Below the pieces are notes generated by a model, which ran no database searches, had not been told where the DNA came from, and saw only the letters and a program-made list of their open reading frames with translations. A stretch of 64,000 nucleotides of DNA. It comes from an uncultured Christensenellaceae bacterium. Lineage in GTDB: Bacteria > Bacillota > Clostridia > Christensenellales > SZUA-584. Shown in pieces: positions 1 to 10,445 of this stretch. How positions within the stretch are numbered: the first letter of the stretch is position 1; each line of letters opens with the position of its first letter. The stretch is taken from the NCBI GenBank assembly GCA_964586785.1, contig CAZPHS010000004.1, positions 37,305 to 101,304 on the forward strand, in the 5' to 3' direction. The position numbers and the translations under genes are program-made.

Positions 1-525
1 GCGCAAAAATACACACAATTTGCGCTTACGCTGCCCGAGATTGACGCGGACAATATACTGGGAAGTAACATAGAGCCCGAATTGCAATCGGCGCTGCTTG
101 CCGTTTATTACGCGACAAAGCTGGAAGATTGTATTGAAAATACTTCGCTTATGCTTACCGAAAAAACCGGTTCGGATGCCGTGGAAGCGCTTACCGGCGC
201 GATGAGCGCTACGGAGCAAGCAATTAAAGACGCTATGATAATAATTAGGCGGTACATGGACGAGGAGCCGGAATTCGCGAAACTGGTTGATTCCTTGTCG
301 GTAACCTCTCCGTCCGATAATCTTTATACGGAGCTTTTAAAGCTCTATAAAAGCAAAAGCATTATAACGACGGCCTACGGCTACGCCTCCGCTCATTCGT
401 ATTCTGCCACTCCGGAAGAGTTTATAATGCAACATATGGATATAGACATTGATAAAATACTTGATATACAGCTGTCTTTGGTTAACTCCATAGATAATAT
501 GCTCGAAAACCATAATTCCCGTTAA
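1..525 (+). CDS. hypothetical protein, 3' part (frame open to window edge)
   Basis: Frame 1 is open from base 1 to the stop at 523-525. The listed ORF 82..525 is only its first in-window Met. No family motif recognised. Confidence 0.35.
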   Translation, partial: AQKYTQFALTLPEIDADNILGSNIEPELQSALLAVYYATKLEDCIENTSLMLTEKTGSDAVEALTGAMSATEQAIKDAMIIIRRYMDEEPEFAKLVDSLSVTSPSDNLYTELLKLYKSKSIITTAYGYASAHSYSATPEEFIMQHMDIDIDKILDIQLSLVNSIDNMLENHNSR

Positions 526-586
526 AAAGGCTTGTGATTTTCCTCAACCCAATAAAAAATTTATAGACAAAAAGGCGGTCAAAAGC

Positions 587-1270
587 ATGGATATTTTACG
601 AACCGATAAACTGTGCAAAATATACGGTAAAGGCGCGAATCAGGTAATCGCGCTTGATAATGTTTCTTTGACGATTAAGAAAGGAGAGTTTGTCGCGGTT
701 ATCGGCGCAAGCGGTTCAGGAAAGTCTACATTGCTCCATATTATCGGCGGCGTTGATTTGCCTACAAGCGGCAATGTATATCTTGACGGAGAAGACGTAT
801 ACTCCCGCGGCAGCGAAAAGCTGGCGGTATTCCGAAGACGGCAGGTTGGGCTGATTTATCAGTTTTATAATCTGATTCCCACATTAACCGTGGAGGAGAA
901 TATATCGCTGCCCGTGTTGATAGACAAAAAGAAGGTAAACAAACAACGGCTTAACGAGCTGCTCGATTTGCTCAATCTGTCTGAACGCCGCGGTCATTTG
1001 CCGAATCAGCTTTCGGGAGGACAGCAGCAACGGGTATCTATAGGACGCGCCCTGATGAATAATCCGGCAATAATACTTGCCGATGAACCCACGGGCAATT
1101 TGGACAGCAAAAGCGGATTGGATATTATTAATCTTTTAAAGCTAAGCAATGAAAAATACGGGCAAACGCTTATTATCGTTACCCATGATAAGAATATAGC
1201 GCTTAAAGCCGACCGTATTATTGAAATATCGGACGGCAAAGTCTCGCAGGACGAGAAGGTGCGGGCATGA
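587..1270 (+). CDS. ABC transporter ATP-binding protein (MacB/FtsE-like)
   Basis: Walker A GASGSGKST, ABC signature LSGGQQQR, Walker B ILADEPTGNLD. ATGA overlap with the downstream permease. Confidence 0.9.
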   Translation: MDILRTDKLCKIYGKGANQVIALDNVSLTIKKGEFVAVIGASGSGKSTLLHIIGGVDLPTSGNVYLDGEDVYSRGSEKLAVFRRRQVGLIYQFYNLIPTLTVEENISLPVLIDKKKVNKQRLNELLDLLNLSERRGHLPNQLSGGQQQRVSIGRALMNNPAIILADEPTGNLDSKSGLDIINLLKLSNEKYGQTLIIVTHDKNIALKADRIIEISDGKVSQDEKVRA

Positions 1271-3795
1271 ATGTATTTAACAAGGTTACACTGCAAGCGT
1301 TGAAGAAAAACCGTACCCGCACGGCGGTTACCATTATCGGAGTGATACTTTCGATTGCCATGATTACGGCGGTCACAAGCTTTATCTCGTCTCTGCAAAA
1401 TTATATTATACAGGAATACATATACAGAAGCGGCGATTGGCACGCGAAATTTAAAAATGTTGACGCGGCTTTTGCGGAAAAAGTAACTGCGGACGAGAAG
1501 GTGCGCGTCGCTTCCGTAATACAAAATATTGGCTATGCCATGTATGATAATGGTCAATACGAAAAGCCTTACTTTTATGTCGCGGGATTGGACGATACTG
1601 CGTTCGGTTCGATGGGAATTCATTTAACCAACGGAAGACTTCCTCAAAACAGCAATGAGATATTAATACCCGAATATATTTTAGCAGACGACGGCATGAC
1701 CTATAAACCCGGGGATACGCTGACGCTGTCCATCGGGAGCCGCATATCTTATGAGGGAGCAGAGCTTGACCAAAGCACGCCGTTTCTCTGGGAGGAAGAA
1801 AGCTTTCTGCCTAAAAGCGAAAACGCTTATACTGTTGTAGGTATATGTGAGAGAGCGGGTTTTGAGGATTATTCCTCGCCCGGCCATACGCTTGTTACAA
1901 AAACTGACGCGGAACAACGCGGCGGGCTTGACGTATATGTTTCACTCAAGACTCCCGCAAAAATATATGACTACGTCGAAGAAACGGCCGGTGGTTTCGG
2001 CGTGGATTATAACAGGGAATTTTTGCGTTATTACGGCGTTTCCGCCAATGACAGCTTTAATACGGTATTGTATTCTCTCGGCGCTATTCTTATTTCGCTC
2101 ATTTTAATCGGTTCCGTTCTCCTGATTTACAATTCGTTTGCCATCTCGGTAAGCGAGCGCACCCGTCAATTCGGAATTCTGTCTTCGGTAGGAGCGGCAA
2201 AAAAACAAATTCGAAGATCGGTGCTGTTTGAAGGTGTTTGCATTGGAGTTATTGGCATACCCCTCGGAATTATTGCGGGGGCGGGCGGTATGGGGATTAC
2301 GTTGCGGCTGATAGGCGATATAACTAAATCCATGTTTTGGGGTAATACAGACTTATCGTTGCACCTTTCCTGTCCGGCGGTGGTCGCCGCGGCGGTAATA
2401 GGGAGCGTTACGATACTTATTTCCGCTTATATTCCGGCTAAAAGAGCGGCTAAAAAAACGCCTATAGACATTATAAGACAGGCCGACGATATAAAAATAA
2501 AACCGAAAGAGGTTAAAACTTCTAAATTTGCGGGGCTGTTATTCGGAGTTGAAGGCACGCTAGCGCTGAAAAACTTCAAGCGGAATAAAAAGCGTTACCG
2601 CAGCACCGTTATCTCTCTTTTTGTCAGCATTGTACTGTTTGTCGCCGCGAGCGCTTTTTGTATGTATCTTACGCAGGCAACTAAGATGACGATACAAGAC
2701 ACGGGATATGATATATCGTTTTCGGCATCCCAAAACACTTTGGTTTCAAAAAGCCGGTATTTGAGTTTATACGATCGTATGAAAACGGCGCAGGGAGTTA
2801 CTCAAAGCGCTTATTCGAACTATATATATTGTTCCGCCCCCGTACAAAAAAGCGATATTACCGAGCGCTATTTTGATTATTTTTACGGTGGCGATATGAC
2901 CGGACTTTTCCTTGGAATAAGCATACATTTCATTGATGATATCACTTATCGGCAATATATTGAATCGTTGGGGTTTTCGCCGGACGATTTTGGGCTTGCG
3001 CAGGGTAAATTTCTCGCGGCGGCCAAAGCGGAGGGCTATGACCCCGAGGCAAGCCGAACCATATCTATAGATATTTTTAACAATAACGAGATAACGCTTG
3101 ATATAACGGAAGGCTTATATTCGCAGAAAATATCTCTAATCGTTACCGATGCGATGCCTTACGGCGTCTTTCAATCTCCGGTTAACGGCGTTGCCGTCTT
3201 CGCCCCGTACTCCGATATAGCAAAATTAAACATTCCAAAAGAAACCTATAACAACTTCAGTATGTATTTTTCCTCAAACGACCCCGCAAAGTCTTTCGCC
3301 GAAATGGAGGTTATGGTTAAAGATGCGGGAATTGCTGACTATTATTTATACGATGTTACAGAGCCGCTGGCGCATAACCGTAATATCATATTTGTTGTAA
3401 ATATTTTTACATACGGGTTTGTCATTTTGATTTCGCTTATTACAATTGCCAATGTGTTTAACACAATTTCAACAAGTATCAATCTGCGCAAGCGCGAATT
3501 GGCCATGCTCAGGTCGGTCGGGCTTGGAAGCCGCGGCTTCAATAAGATGATAAATTTTGAATGTATATTCTATGGGTTAAAAGCTTTATTATACGGACTT
3601 CCCGTATCGGCGGCTTTAACCTATTTTATTTACAAAGCCGTTCTTAGCGGCGCGGACGTTTCCTTTGTATTGCCGTGGAGCAGTATAGCAATAAGTGTGT
3701 TCGGCGTCTTTTTCGTCGTATTTGTTACAATGCTTTATTCAACAAACAAAATTAAAAAGGCAAATATAACGGACGCGCTGCGCATCGAGGTTTAA
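1267..3795 (+). CDS. ABC transporter permease, duplicated FtsX/MacB-type
   Basis: 842 aa with two hydrophobic FtsX-like modules (about aa 270-400 and 720-840), each preceded by a large soluble loop. Translationally coupled to the ATPase. Confidence 0.8.
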   Translation: MNVFNKVTLQALKKNRTRTAVTIIGVILSIAMITAVTSFISSLQNYIIQEYIYRSGDWHAKFKNVDAAFAEKVTADEKVRVASVIQNIGYAMYDNGQYEKPYFYVAGLDDTAFGSMGIHLTNGRLPQNSNEILIPEYILADDGMTYKPGDTLTLSIGSRISYEGAELDQSTPFLWEEESFLPKSENAYTVVGICERAGFEDYSSPGHTLVTKTDAEQRGGLDVYVSLKTPAKIYDYVEETAGGFGVDYNREFLRYYGVSANDSFNTVLYSLGAILISLILIGSVLLIYNSFAISVSERTRQFGILSSVGAAKKQIRRSVLFEGVCIGVIGIPLGIIAGAGGMGITLRLIGDITKSMFWGNTDLSLHLSCPAVVAAAVIGSVTILISAYIPAKRAAKKTPIDIIRQADDIKIKPKEVKTSKFAGLLFGVEGTLALKNFKRNKKRYRSTVISLFVSIVLFVAASAFCMYLTQATKMTIQDTGYDISFSASQNTLVSKSRYLSLYDRMKTAQGVTQSAYSNYIYCSAPVQKSDITERYFDYFYGGDMTGLFLGISIHFIDDITYRQYIESLGFSPDDFGLAQGKFLAAAKAEGYDPEASRTISIDIFNNNEITLDITEGLYSQKISLIVTDAMPYGVFQSPVNGVAVFAPYSDIAKLNIPKETYNNFSMYFSSNDPAKSFAEMEVMVKDAGIADYYLYDVTEPLAHNRNIIFVVNIFTYGFVILISLITIANVFNTISTSINLRKRELAMLRSVGLGSRGFNKMINFECIFYGLKALLYGLPVSAALTYFIYKAVLSGADVSFVLPWSSIAISVFGVFFVVFVTMLYSTNKIKKANITDALRIEV

Positions 3796-3920
3796 CGCGA
3801 TATAAAAAAGTTTATAAAGCGCGGCGTAACGGGTGTCTTTAACCGCGTCTTGTGCGGCGGCGCGCGCAATGCTATAATCGCAGTCGAATACGTCTTTCGG
3901 GCAACATTTAAGGAGCGCAT

Positions 3921-6059
3921 ATGACTGATATATCTTCAAGGCTTGCGGAAGAGCTTTCGATTGCAAAAGAGCAGGCGCAAAGCGCGGTATCTCTTATTGA
4001 ACAGGGCAACACGGTGCCATTTATCGCGCGTTACAGAAAAGAGGCAACCGGCAATCTTTCCGACGAATTACTGCGCCGTCTTGCCGACAGGCTGGAATAT
4101 TTAACAAGGCTTGACGGGCGCAAAAGTGAGGTTATGCGCCTTATTGACGCGCAGGGCAAGCTTACGGAGGAGCTTAAAAAAAGTATATCGGAGGCGCGGG
4201 GCATAACAGAGGTTGACGATTTATACCGTCCGTACAGACCGAAACGGCGCACACGCGCCGCTATGGCAAAAGAAAAAGGCTTAGAGCCTTTAGCCGCGCT
4301 TATATTCGAACAGCAAACAGCGGACGAGCAAATAGACAAAATTGCGCAAGGGTATGTAAACAAGGAAAAGAATGTCGCCACGGCGGAGGAAGCGGTGCAA
4401 GGCGCTCTTGATATAATAGCCGAGAGGATAGCGGACGACGCGGCGGCGAGAAGCCTGCTTCGCTCCTGGCTTAAGCAAGGGAGCAGCATAATATCAAAGG
4501 CGGATGAGGAAAAAAGCGGCGTATACGAAATGTACAGCGATTTCTCCGAGCCGGTCAAAAAAATTGTTCCGCACAGGGTGCTTGCGTTAAACCGCGGCGA
4601 AAAAGAAAAAATATTAAGCATAAAGCTTTCGGCGGAGCATAACGAGGCGCAGGCGCTAATTGATAAGGCGTTATCACTCGCCGGCCAACGCAGCCGGTAT
4701 TTGCGCCAATCCGCGGACGACGCGTATAAAAGGCTTATTTTTCCGTCGCTGGAGCGCGAGATACGAAACGAGCTTACCGAAAAAGCCGAGGAGCAGGCAA
4801 TACGTGTTTTCGGTGTTAACCTTAAAAATCTGCTTTTGTCTCCTCCGGTGCGCGGCAAAACAGTACTGGGGCTTGACCCCGGATACCGCACAGGCAACAA
4901 GGCCGCCGTTGTGGACGAAACGGGGCGCGTGCTGGATACCGCCGTTATTTATATGACGCTTCCCCATCACGACATGGAAAAAGCTAAAAAACAGCTTGCG
5001 TCTCTTATAGAAAAACACAATGTTGATATAATAGCGATAGGAAACGGTACGGCTTCAAAGGAAAGCGAAGCGGCGGTGGCGCTGCTTTTAAAAGAGATAA
5101 AAAGAAAAGTTTATTACGCTATAGTCAGCGAAGCCGGCGCTTCGGTTTATTCCGCTTCCGCTCTTGGGACAGATGAGTTCCCCGATTTCGATGTCGCGCT
5201 GCGAAGCGCGGTTTCCATAGCGCGGAGGCTGCAGGACCCTCTTGCCGAGCTTGTAAAGATAGACCCGAAAGCCATAGGCGTCGGTCAGTATCAGCACGAC
5301 GTAAACCAAAAGCGGCTCGCGCAGACGCTTGCCGGCGCCGTTGAAGACTGTGTGAACACGGTCGGCGTGGATTTAAACACGGCTTCCGCGTCGCTTTTAA
5401 AATACGTGGCGGGCATAACGCCGTCCGCGGCGTCGGGCATAGTCTTCTACCGCGAAACGCACGGGCGTTTTACGAGCCGGCGGCAGCTTAAAAAGGTTAA
5501 AGGGTTAGGCGGCAAAGCGTTCGAGCAGTGCGCCGGTTTTCTTCGAATATCCGACGCTGAAAATGTGCTTGATTCCACCGCCATACACCCCGAATCTTAC
5601 GGCGCGGTGGATAAGCTTTCGCAAACGGCGGGCATAAAGCTTAAGACTAAAGAAGATTTACCGCGGCTTTTACAGCGGCTTTCGGGAATGGATTTTAACG
5701 CGCTTGCCAAGGAAGCGGGTATAGGCGAGCCGACCTTGCGCGACATAATAGACGAGCTTAAAAAACCGGGCAGGGACCCGCGGGACGCGTTCGAGCAGCC
5801 GGAGCTTAGAAGCGATATTATGCGCCTAGAGGATATTAAAGAAGGCATGGCGCTGTCCGGCACGGTGCGCAACGTAACGGATTTCGGCGCTTTTGTCGAT
5901 ATAGGCGTCCATCAGGACGGGCTTGTCCACATATCCCAAATGTCCGATAAGTTTATAAAGCACCCTTCGGACGCGGTTAAAACCGGAGATGTTGTAAAAG
6001 TTAAAGTAATAGGTATTGATATCGCTAAAAAGAGGATATCGCTTACAATGAAAATATAG
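3921..6059 (+). CDS. tex: Tex-like transcription accessory protein
   Basis: 712 aa. YqgF/RuvC-like segment VLGLDPGYRTGNKAAVVD and C-terminal S1 domain GTVRNVTDFGAFVDIGVHQDGLVHISQM. RBS AAGGAG upstream. Confidence 0.9.
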   Translation: MTDISSRLAEELSIAKEQAQSAVSLIEQGNTVPFIARYRKEATGNLSDELLRRLADRLEYLTRLDGRKSEVMRLIDAQGKLTEELKKSISEARGITEVDDLYRPYRPKRRTRAAMAKEKGLEPLAALIFEQQTADEQIDKIAQGYVNKEKNVATAEEAVQGALDIIAERIADDAAARSLLRSWLKQGSSIISKADEEKSGVYEMYSDFSEPVKKIVPHRVLALNRGEKEKILSIKLSAEHNEAQALIDKALSLAGQRSRYLRQSADDAYKRLIFPSLEREIRNELTEKAEEQAIRVFGVNLKNLLLSPPVRGKTVLGLDPGYRTGNKAAVVDETGRVLDTAVIYMTLPHHDMEKAKKQLASLIEKHNVDIIAIGNGTASKESEAAVALLLKEIKRKVYYAIVSEAGASVYSASALGTDEFPDFDVALRSAVSIARRLQDPLAELVKIDPKAIGVGQYQHDVNQKRLAQTLAGAVEDCVNTVGVDLNTASASLLKYVAGITPSAASGIVFYRETHGRFTSRRQLKKVKGLGGKAFEQCAGFLRISDAENVLDSTAIHPESYGAVDKLSQTAGIKLKTKEDLPRLLQRLSGMDFNALAKEAGIGEPTLRDIIDELKKPGRDPRDAFEQPELRSDIMRLEDIKEGMALSGTVRNVTDFGAFVDIGVHQDGLVHISQMSDKFIKHPSDAVKTGDVVKVKVIGIDIAKKRISLTMKI

Positions 6060-6071
6060 GAGAGTTTTTAT

Positions 6072-6749
6072 ATGGTGCTTGCGGTTTTTGATTTTGACGG
6101 CACGCTGTTCCCTAAAGACACGCTTCCGTTTCTGCTATCGCAGTGGCGCAAACAAAAGCTGCCCCGCCTAAGGTTATGGACGGCGTACCTTTCCATAGGC
6201 GGGTTGTTTGTCCGCTATAAGCTTAAGCTTTTCAGCGAGCTTTCGCGCGAGCAAATGCGCAAAACCGCGCTGCAGCGCTTTACGCGCATTTTTTCGGGTC
6301 TGCCGAAGACTTTTGTGGACGATTTTTTTAATCATTGCGCAGCCCTTATATCGCAGCAGCTCCGCCCGTGCGTCGTCGCGGAGCTTCGCCGGGTCCAATC
6401 GCAAGGTTTCCATACGGTGCTGCTTTCCGGCGGATATCAAACGCTTATGGATTTTATAGGGCAAAAGCTTAAATTTGACACAATAATAGGCACAAAACTT
6501 TACTGCAAAAACGGAATTGTCGATTCGTCGCCGCCGCTTGATATTGTCTGCGGGGAGCAGAAGGCGCAGCGTCTTTTCGCGGCTTTTGAAGGCCGCGAAG
6601 TTGACTGGGCAAAAAGCACCGCGTACGCGGACAGCCTCTCCGACATTCCTATACTTAAGCTTGTGGGCAAACCCGTTGCGGTAAGCCCGGACAAGGGATT
6701 AGCCGATAAGCTGGAGCTTTTGCGCTGGCCTGTTCTGGCGGAGGAATAG
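6072..6749 (+). CDS. HAD-IB family hydrolase
   Basis: N-terminal DFDGTLF motif I, LLSGG motif II and a late YADSxSD motif. Confidence 0.7.
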   Translation: MVLAVFDFDGTLFPKDTLPFLLSQWRKQKLPRLRLWTAYLSIGGLFVRYKLKLFSELSREQMRKTALQRFTRIFSGLPKTFVDDFFNHCAALISQQLRPCVVAELRRVQSQGFHTVLLSGGYQTLMDFIGQKLKFDTIIGTKLYCKNGIVDSSPPLDIVCGEQKAQRLFAAFEGREVDWAKSTAYADSLSDIPILKLVGKPVAVSPDKGLADKLELLRWPVLAEE

Positions 6750-6849
6750 CGCTTTTCGCAAAACAAACCTCCGGCAACGGGCTGTGTGCCCGTGCCCGAA
6801 GGTTTGCGCCGTATTTTATGAATTGCGCTTAAGGTTTCATATACTTATC

Positions 6850-8148
6850 TTAAGCCGTGGGCGGTATAACCTTTACTATGTTGAACATGCCGTCCAGCAC
6901 AACCCAGTTTTGCGGAAAAGAAAGCCCCAGCACCCAGTAGCTTACGCCGCGCAAATCATATTTGTTGACGAGAAGGAGCTTGGAACGGACGCTGCGGGCG
7001 TCCTCGAACCATACCTCGTGCTCCGCGCCGTTTTCATCGAAATACCTGAACGTAGGCGATTGCGTCTGTTCGTCAAACCGTATACGCGCGCCGACTTTAG
7101 CGGCAAGCGCAACAGCCTGCTGCGGAGAAACCCTTCTGGCCCATCTTGCGTCCGGCATATACGGCAGCTGCCAGTCGTAGCCGTAAAGAGGCATACCCAT
7201 CATTATTTTACGGCTGGGTATAACGGATACCGCATAGCTTATAACATCTTCCACAAGGTCTATGGGCGCTACCGCATAGGGCGGCCCTCCCGACCAGCCC
7301 CATTCGTATGTCATGATTATTACAAAGTCCACAATCTCGCCATGCGCCGCGTAATCATGCGCTCCGTGCCACGCGCCAGTCCGCACATCGGAAGCCTTTG
7401 GCACAAGGGCCGTGGAGACAGCATAATTAAGCGGATGCAAAGCCGCCGTCACGCGCCTTAAAAAGCTGTTGTATTCTTCGCGCTTTTCGGGCGATATTCT
7501 CTCAAAGTCTATGTTTACTCCGTAGTAACCCTTCTCCCTTAATACGGATATCATATTCCGTATCAGTGTATCCTGCAGCTGTGCGCTGTCAAGTATCGTA
7601 TCTACAAGCTCGGTGTCAAAATTGCCGCCGCTGAAGTTGGTTATAACAAGCAGCGCGGCAATACGATGCGCCCTCGCCTGCGCAAGTATAGCGGCGTCGT
7701 TTAAAGGCACAAGGCTGCCGTCGGCGCGCGCCTGATAGCTAAACGGCGATATATACGTTAGGTACTCCCCCACTTCTTGTATTATCTGTGTTTCGCGCTG
7801 CGCCGTGCTCGGCTCTATGTAGCCGTTAACCTCAATAAAACCGTAGTTTTTTTCGCGCACAGGTATGCGCAGAACCGTACCGGGCTGAATCAAATCGGGG
7901 TTTTCTATGGTGTTTAAAGCTATAATGCTGTCTGTCGTTGTCCCGTAACGCCGGGCGATAGTGTAAAGCGATTCTCCCTCCCGCACGGTATGAGAAATCT
8001 CAACCGTCGGTATAACAAGCGTTTGCCCCACAACAAGAAAGGGGAGATCGCCAAGTTCGTTTACCGTATACAGCGCGTCCACTCCAACGCCGTACCGCCG
8101 CGCCAGGTTATAAAGCGTGTCTCCGGCTTTAACAACATGTATGTCCAA
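6850..8148 (-). CDS. sleL: spore cortex peptidoglycan hydrolase, 2x LysM + GH18 (YaaH/SleL-like)
   Basis: Two N-terminal LysM repeats (VKAGDTLYNLARRYGV..., VREGESLYTIARRYGT...) followed by a GH18 core with YGVNIDFE. TTG start preceded by AAGGA. Confidence 0.75.
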   Translation of the reverse strand: MDIHVVKAGDTLYNLARRYGVGVDALYTVNELGDLPFLVVGQTLVIPTVEISHTVREGESLYTIARRYGTTTDSIIALNTIENPDLIQPGTVLRIPVREKNYGFIEVNGYIEPSTAQRETQIIQEVGEYLTYISPFSYQARADGSLVPLNDAAILAQARAHRIAALLVITNFSGGNFDTELVDTILDSAQLQDTLIRNMISVLREKGYYGVNIDFERISPEKREEYNSFLRRVTAALHPLNYAVSTALVPKASDVRTGAWHGAHDYAAHGEIVDFVIIMTYEWGWSGGPPYAVAPIDLVEDVISYAVSVIPSRKIMMGMPLYGYDWQLPYMPDARWARRVSPQQAVALAAKVGARIRFDEQTQSPTFRYFDENGAEHEVWFEDARSVRSKLLLVNKYDLRGVSYWVLGLSFPQNWVVLDGMFNIVKVIPPTA

Positions 8149-8343
8149 ATATTATCACATCCTTAATATGTATTTGACGACTGTTGTATTATATGGGCGC
8201 GGCGTTTACGCTGTTCGCTTATTTTATAAAGTTTATATTTTCGCTTTACGGCCGCGGCTTTTTATCACTTTTTCGGCGCCGCGAGTATACAATACTGTAT
8301 GCCAATAAACGCCGGCGGAAAAAAAATTATATGGTGATGATAA

Positions 8344-8787
8344 ATGGAATTTGAAGCAAGAGAATTATTTGCGCGAATGATAAGGTGCGAGGCGGAAGGC
8401 GAAGGGCTCGGCGGAATGCAAGCCGTGGCCACCACTATTATGAACAGGGTCCATGTCGCTTACGGGGAATACCTTCGCACGGGGCAGGGAGATTTGCGGC
8501 GCGTGCTTACCCAGCCCGGCCAGTTTTCCTGTTATCTTACCACTATAGGCGGACAGATAAATCCCCAAACTGTTTGGTCAAACCCGCCCGAGCAGATACA
8601 TTACGACGTTGCGGACTGGGCGCTCGCCGGAAACGTGCATCCGGGCGTTATAGAAACACTATGGTATATGAACCCATTCCTTCCGGAATGTCCCGCTTAC
8701 TTTCCGTATAACCGGACGGGGGTGCAGTTTAACAGAATACGCGACCATTGTTTCTTCCAGCCAACGTCGCTGTATGCGCTGACATAA
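8344..8787 (+). CDS. cwlJ: cell wall hydrolase, SleB/CwlJ family
   Basis: Hydrolase_2-type N-terminus RCEAEGEGLGGMQAVATTIMNRV, 147 aa. Divergent from sleL and followed by a gerQ-like gene, as in Bacillus. Confidence 0.75.
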   Translation: MEFEARELFARMIRCEAEGEGLGGMQAVATTIMNRVHVAYGEYLRTGQGDLRRVLTQPGQFSCYLTTIGGQINPQTVWSNPPEQIHYDVADWALAGNVHPGVIETLWYMNPFLPECPAYFPYNRTGVQFNRIRDHCFFQPTSLYALT

Positions 8788-8814
8788 CATACTTTTAAAG
8801 GGGGTGATAATAAT

Positions 8815-9270
8815 ATGAAAAATAACTTCGGGTATCCCGATAACCGCGGCATGGCCGGTATGCAAAAGCCGCGGGAAAACATGCGTCCGGCAGCGCCGCG
8901 CGTTCCTACCGGCAGACCGGGCTTGCCTTCGGGCAGATCCGTTATGCCTTCGGGTACGGGGGCAACGCAGGAACAGTTTATGCCGCCGGACACGTTAAGG
9001 CCGCTTGTGCCGTTAAACTCCGCCGCGCCGCTTGCCGGCGAGGCGCCGTCAACCGTGCAAAGCCCGTACTATACCGCCGGATTCCTCCGTAATTTTCTCG
9101 GCAGAAGTATGCGCGTTGAATTTTTAATCGGTACGTCCGGCGCTTTGGTTGACAGAATAGGCGAGCTTGTAGAGGTTGGCGCAAGCTATATTGTACTGCG
9201 TCCGCTGCTAAGCGACGACCTTATAATGTGCGACCTTTATTCAATCAAGTTTGTCACAATATTCGACTAA
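8815..9270 (+). CDS. gerQ: spore coat protein GerQ-like
   Basis: Pro/Gly-rich low-complexity N-terminus, then a conserved C-terminal block (RVEFLIGTSGALVDRIGELVEVGASYIVL...DLYSIKFVTIFD) resembling the GerQ/YwdL domain. Sits directly downstream of cwlJ. RBS GGGGGTG. Confidence 0.55.
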   Translation: MKNNFGYPDNRGMAGMQKPRENMRPAAPRVPTGRPGLPSGRSVMPSGTGATQEQFMPPDTLRPLVPLNSAAPLAGEAPSTVQSPYYTAGFLRNFLGRSMRVEFLIGTSGALVDRIGELVEVGASYIVLRPLLSDDLIMCDLYSIKFVTIFD

Positions 9271-9277
9271 AAACATA

Positions 9278-9309
9278 ACCCCAAAGAAGGCTTAACGCCT
9301 TTTTGGGGT
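9278..9309 (+). terminator. hairpin after gerQ (possible terminator)
   Basis: ACCCCAAAGAAGGC-loop-GCCTTTTTGGGGT. The U run lies inside the stem, so there is no free U tail. Confidence 0.4.
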
Positions 9310-9424
9310 GTAAAAATACGGACAAGCCGCCTTAAAAAATTTATCAGGCCAAGCCCTTTTAACATATCGCTTTGTAAACCGGCATAGCTATTAAATACGG
9401 GATTATCTTTTTTTGAGGGACGCC

Positions 9425-10276
9425 ATGAAACGCAAAGGACTTATAATTTACGCCATCGCCTGCCTTGACGTTATATTGCTCGGGCTTGCATTTGTAAACG
9501 GCTTTGCCGCCGACGCGTGTTATTCGTCGCGCGGCGAAAAAACCGCGCTTTCCGCCCATACCCAGGATACGGTTTACGGGTGGTATTACAAACCGCGCAC
9601 CGACGGCAGCCAGCCGGAGGAGCCTCCCGAGTTTTCATTTATAAGCGGCTTCGACGGCTTATGGCTGGGCGGCTCCGATGAGAAAATCATTTATTTAACA
9701 TTTGACGCGGGATATGAAAACGGCCATACGGAGCAGATACTCGATACGCTAAAAAAACATGACGTCCCCGCCGCTTTCTTTCTTGTCGGGCATTATATAA
9801 AAACAAACCCTGAGCTTGTGTGCCGTATGGAGCGGGAAGGACACCTTGTATGCAACCATTCCACCACCCACAAAAACATGGCCAAAATGAGCGACTTTGA
9901 AACATTTAAGGCTGAAATGAGCGGCGTTGAGAAAATATATACTGATACAACGGGCAAACGGATGCCTAAATTCTTTCGCCCTCCCGAAGGCAGCTTGAGC
10001 GAGCGCTGCTTAAAATACGCGCAGCAATTAGGGTACAAAACCGTTTTCTGGAGTTTTGCGTATAAAGACTGGTACAACGACAACCAGCCTACCGAGAGCG
10101 CGGCATACGATACGATTATATCGCGTACCCACCCGGGCATGGTGGCGCTGCTTCACGCCACGTCCGCGACTAACGCAAAGGTGCTCGATTCGGTAATCAC
10201 CGAATGGAAGGCCATGGGCTATCGTTTCGAAAGCCTTTATAATTTTAAGTCCGCGTCCCCAACCGTCACTCAATAA
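9425..10276 (+). CDS. pdaA: polysaccharide deacetylase, PdaA-like (muramic delta-lactam synthesis)
   Basis: NodB-domain motifs LTFDAGYENGHT and NHSTTH with an N-terminal TM/signal. ATG at 9425 preferred over the listed TTG at 9413 (GAGGGA 5 nt upstream). Confidence 0.75.
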   Translation: MKRKGLIIYAIACLDVILLGLAFVNGFAADACYSSRGEKTALSAHTQDTVYGWYYKPRTDGSQPEEPPEFSFISGFDGLWLGGSDEKIIYLTFDAGYENGHTEQILDTLKKHDVPAAFFLVGHYIKTNPELVCRMEREGHLVCNHSTTHKNMAKMSDFETFKAEMSGVEKIYTDTTGKRMPKFFRPPEGSLSERCLKYAQQLGYKTVFWSFAYKDWYNDNQPTESAAYDTIISRTHPGMVALLHATSATNAKVLDSVITEWKAMGYRFESLYNFKSASPTVTQ

Positions 10277-10445
10277 ATTATAAAGCAATACGCAATTAAA
10301 AAGCAATAAACAACCCATACAAAGATGCTTTGCGCAATAGCGGCGTGTTCTGTAATAATACACGTTTGACAGCTTTATCAAGTTCAAATATAATTATAAA
10401 AAATCGAAAGGGCTTTAAAGCGGTCGCTTAAATCCGCTTTAACAA

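Noticed and set aside
4031-4900. 289-aa antisense ORF inside tex, and similar long shadow ORFs (6784..7461, 16700..17242, 21373..21888, 31115..31759, 42409..43233, 59748..60347, 46982..47509)
   Set aside because: Each lies antisense to or out of frame with a gene that has clear family motifs. Their translations are Ser/Arg/Ala/Pro-rich low-complexity strings without an RBS, as is typical of shadow ORFs.
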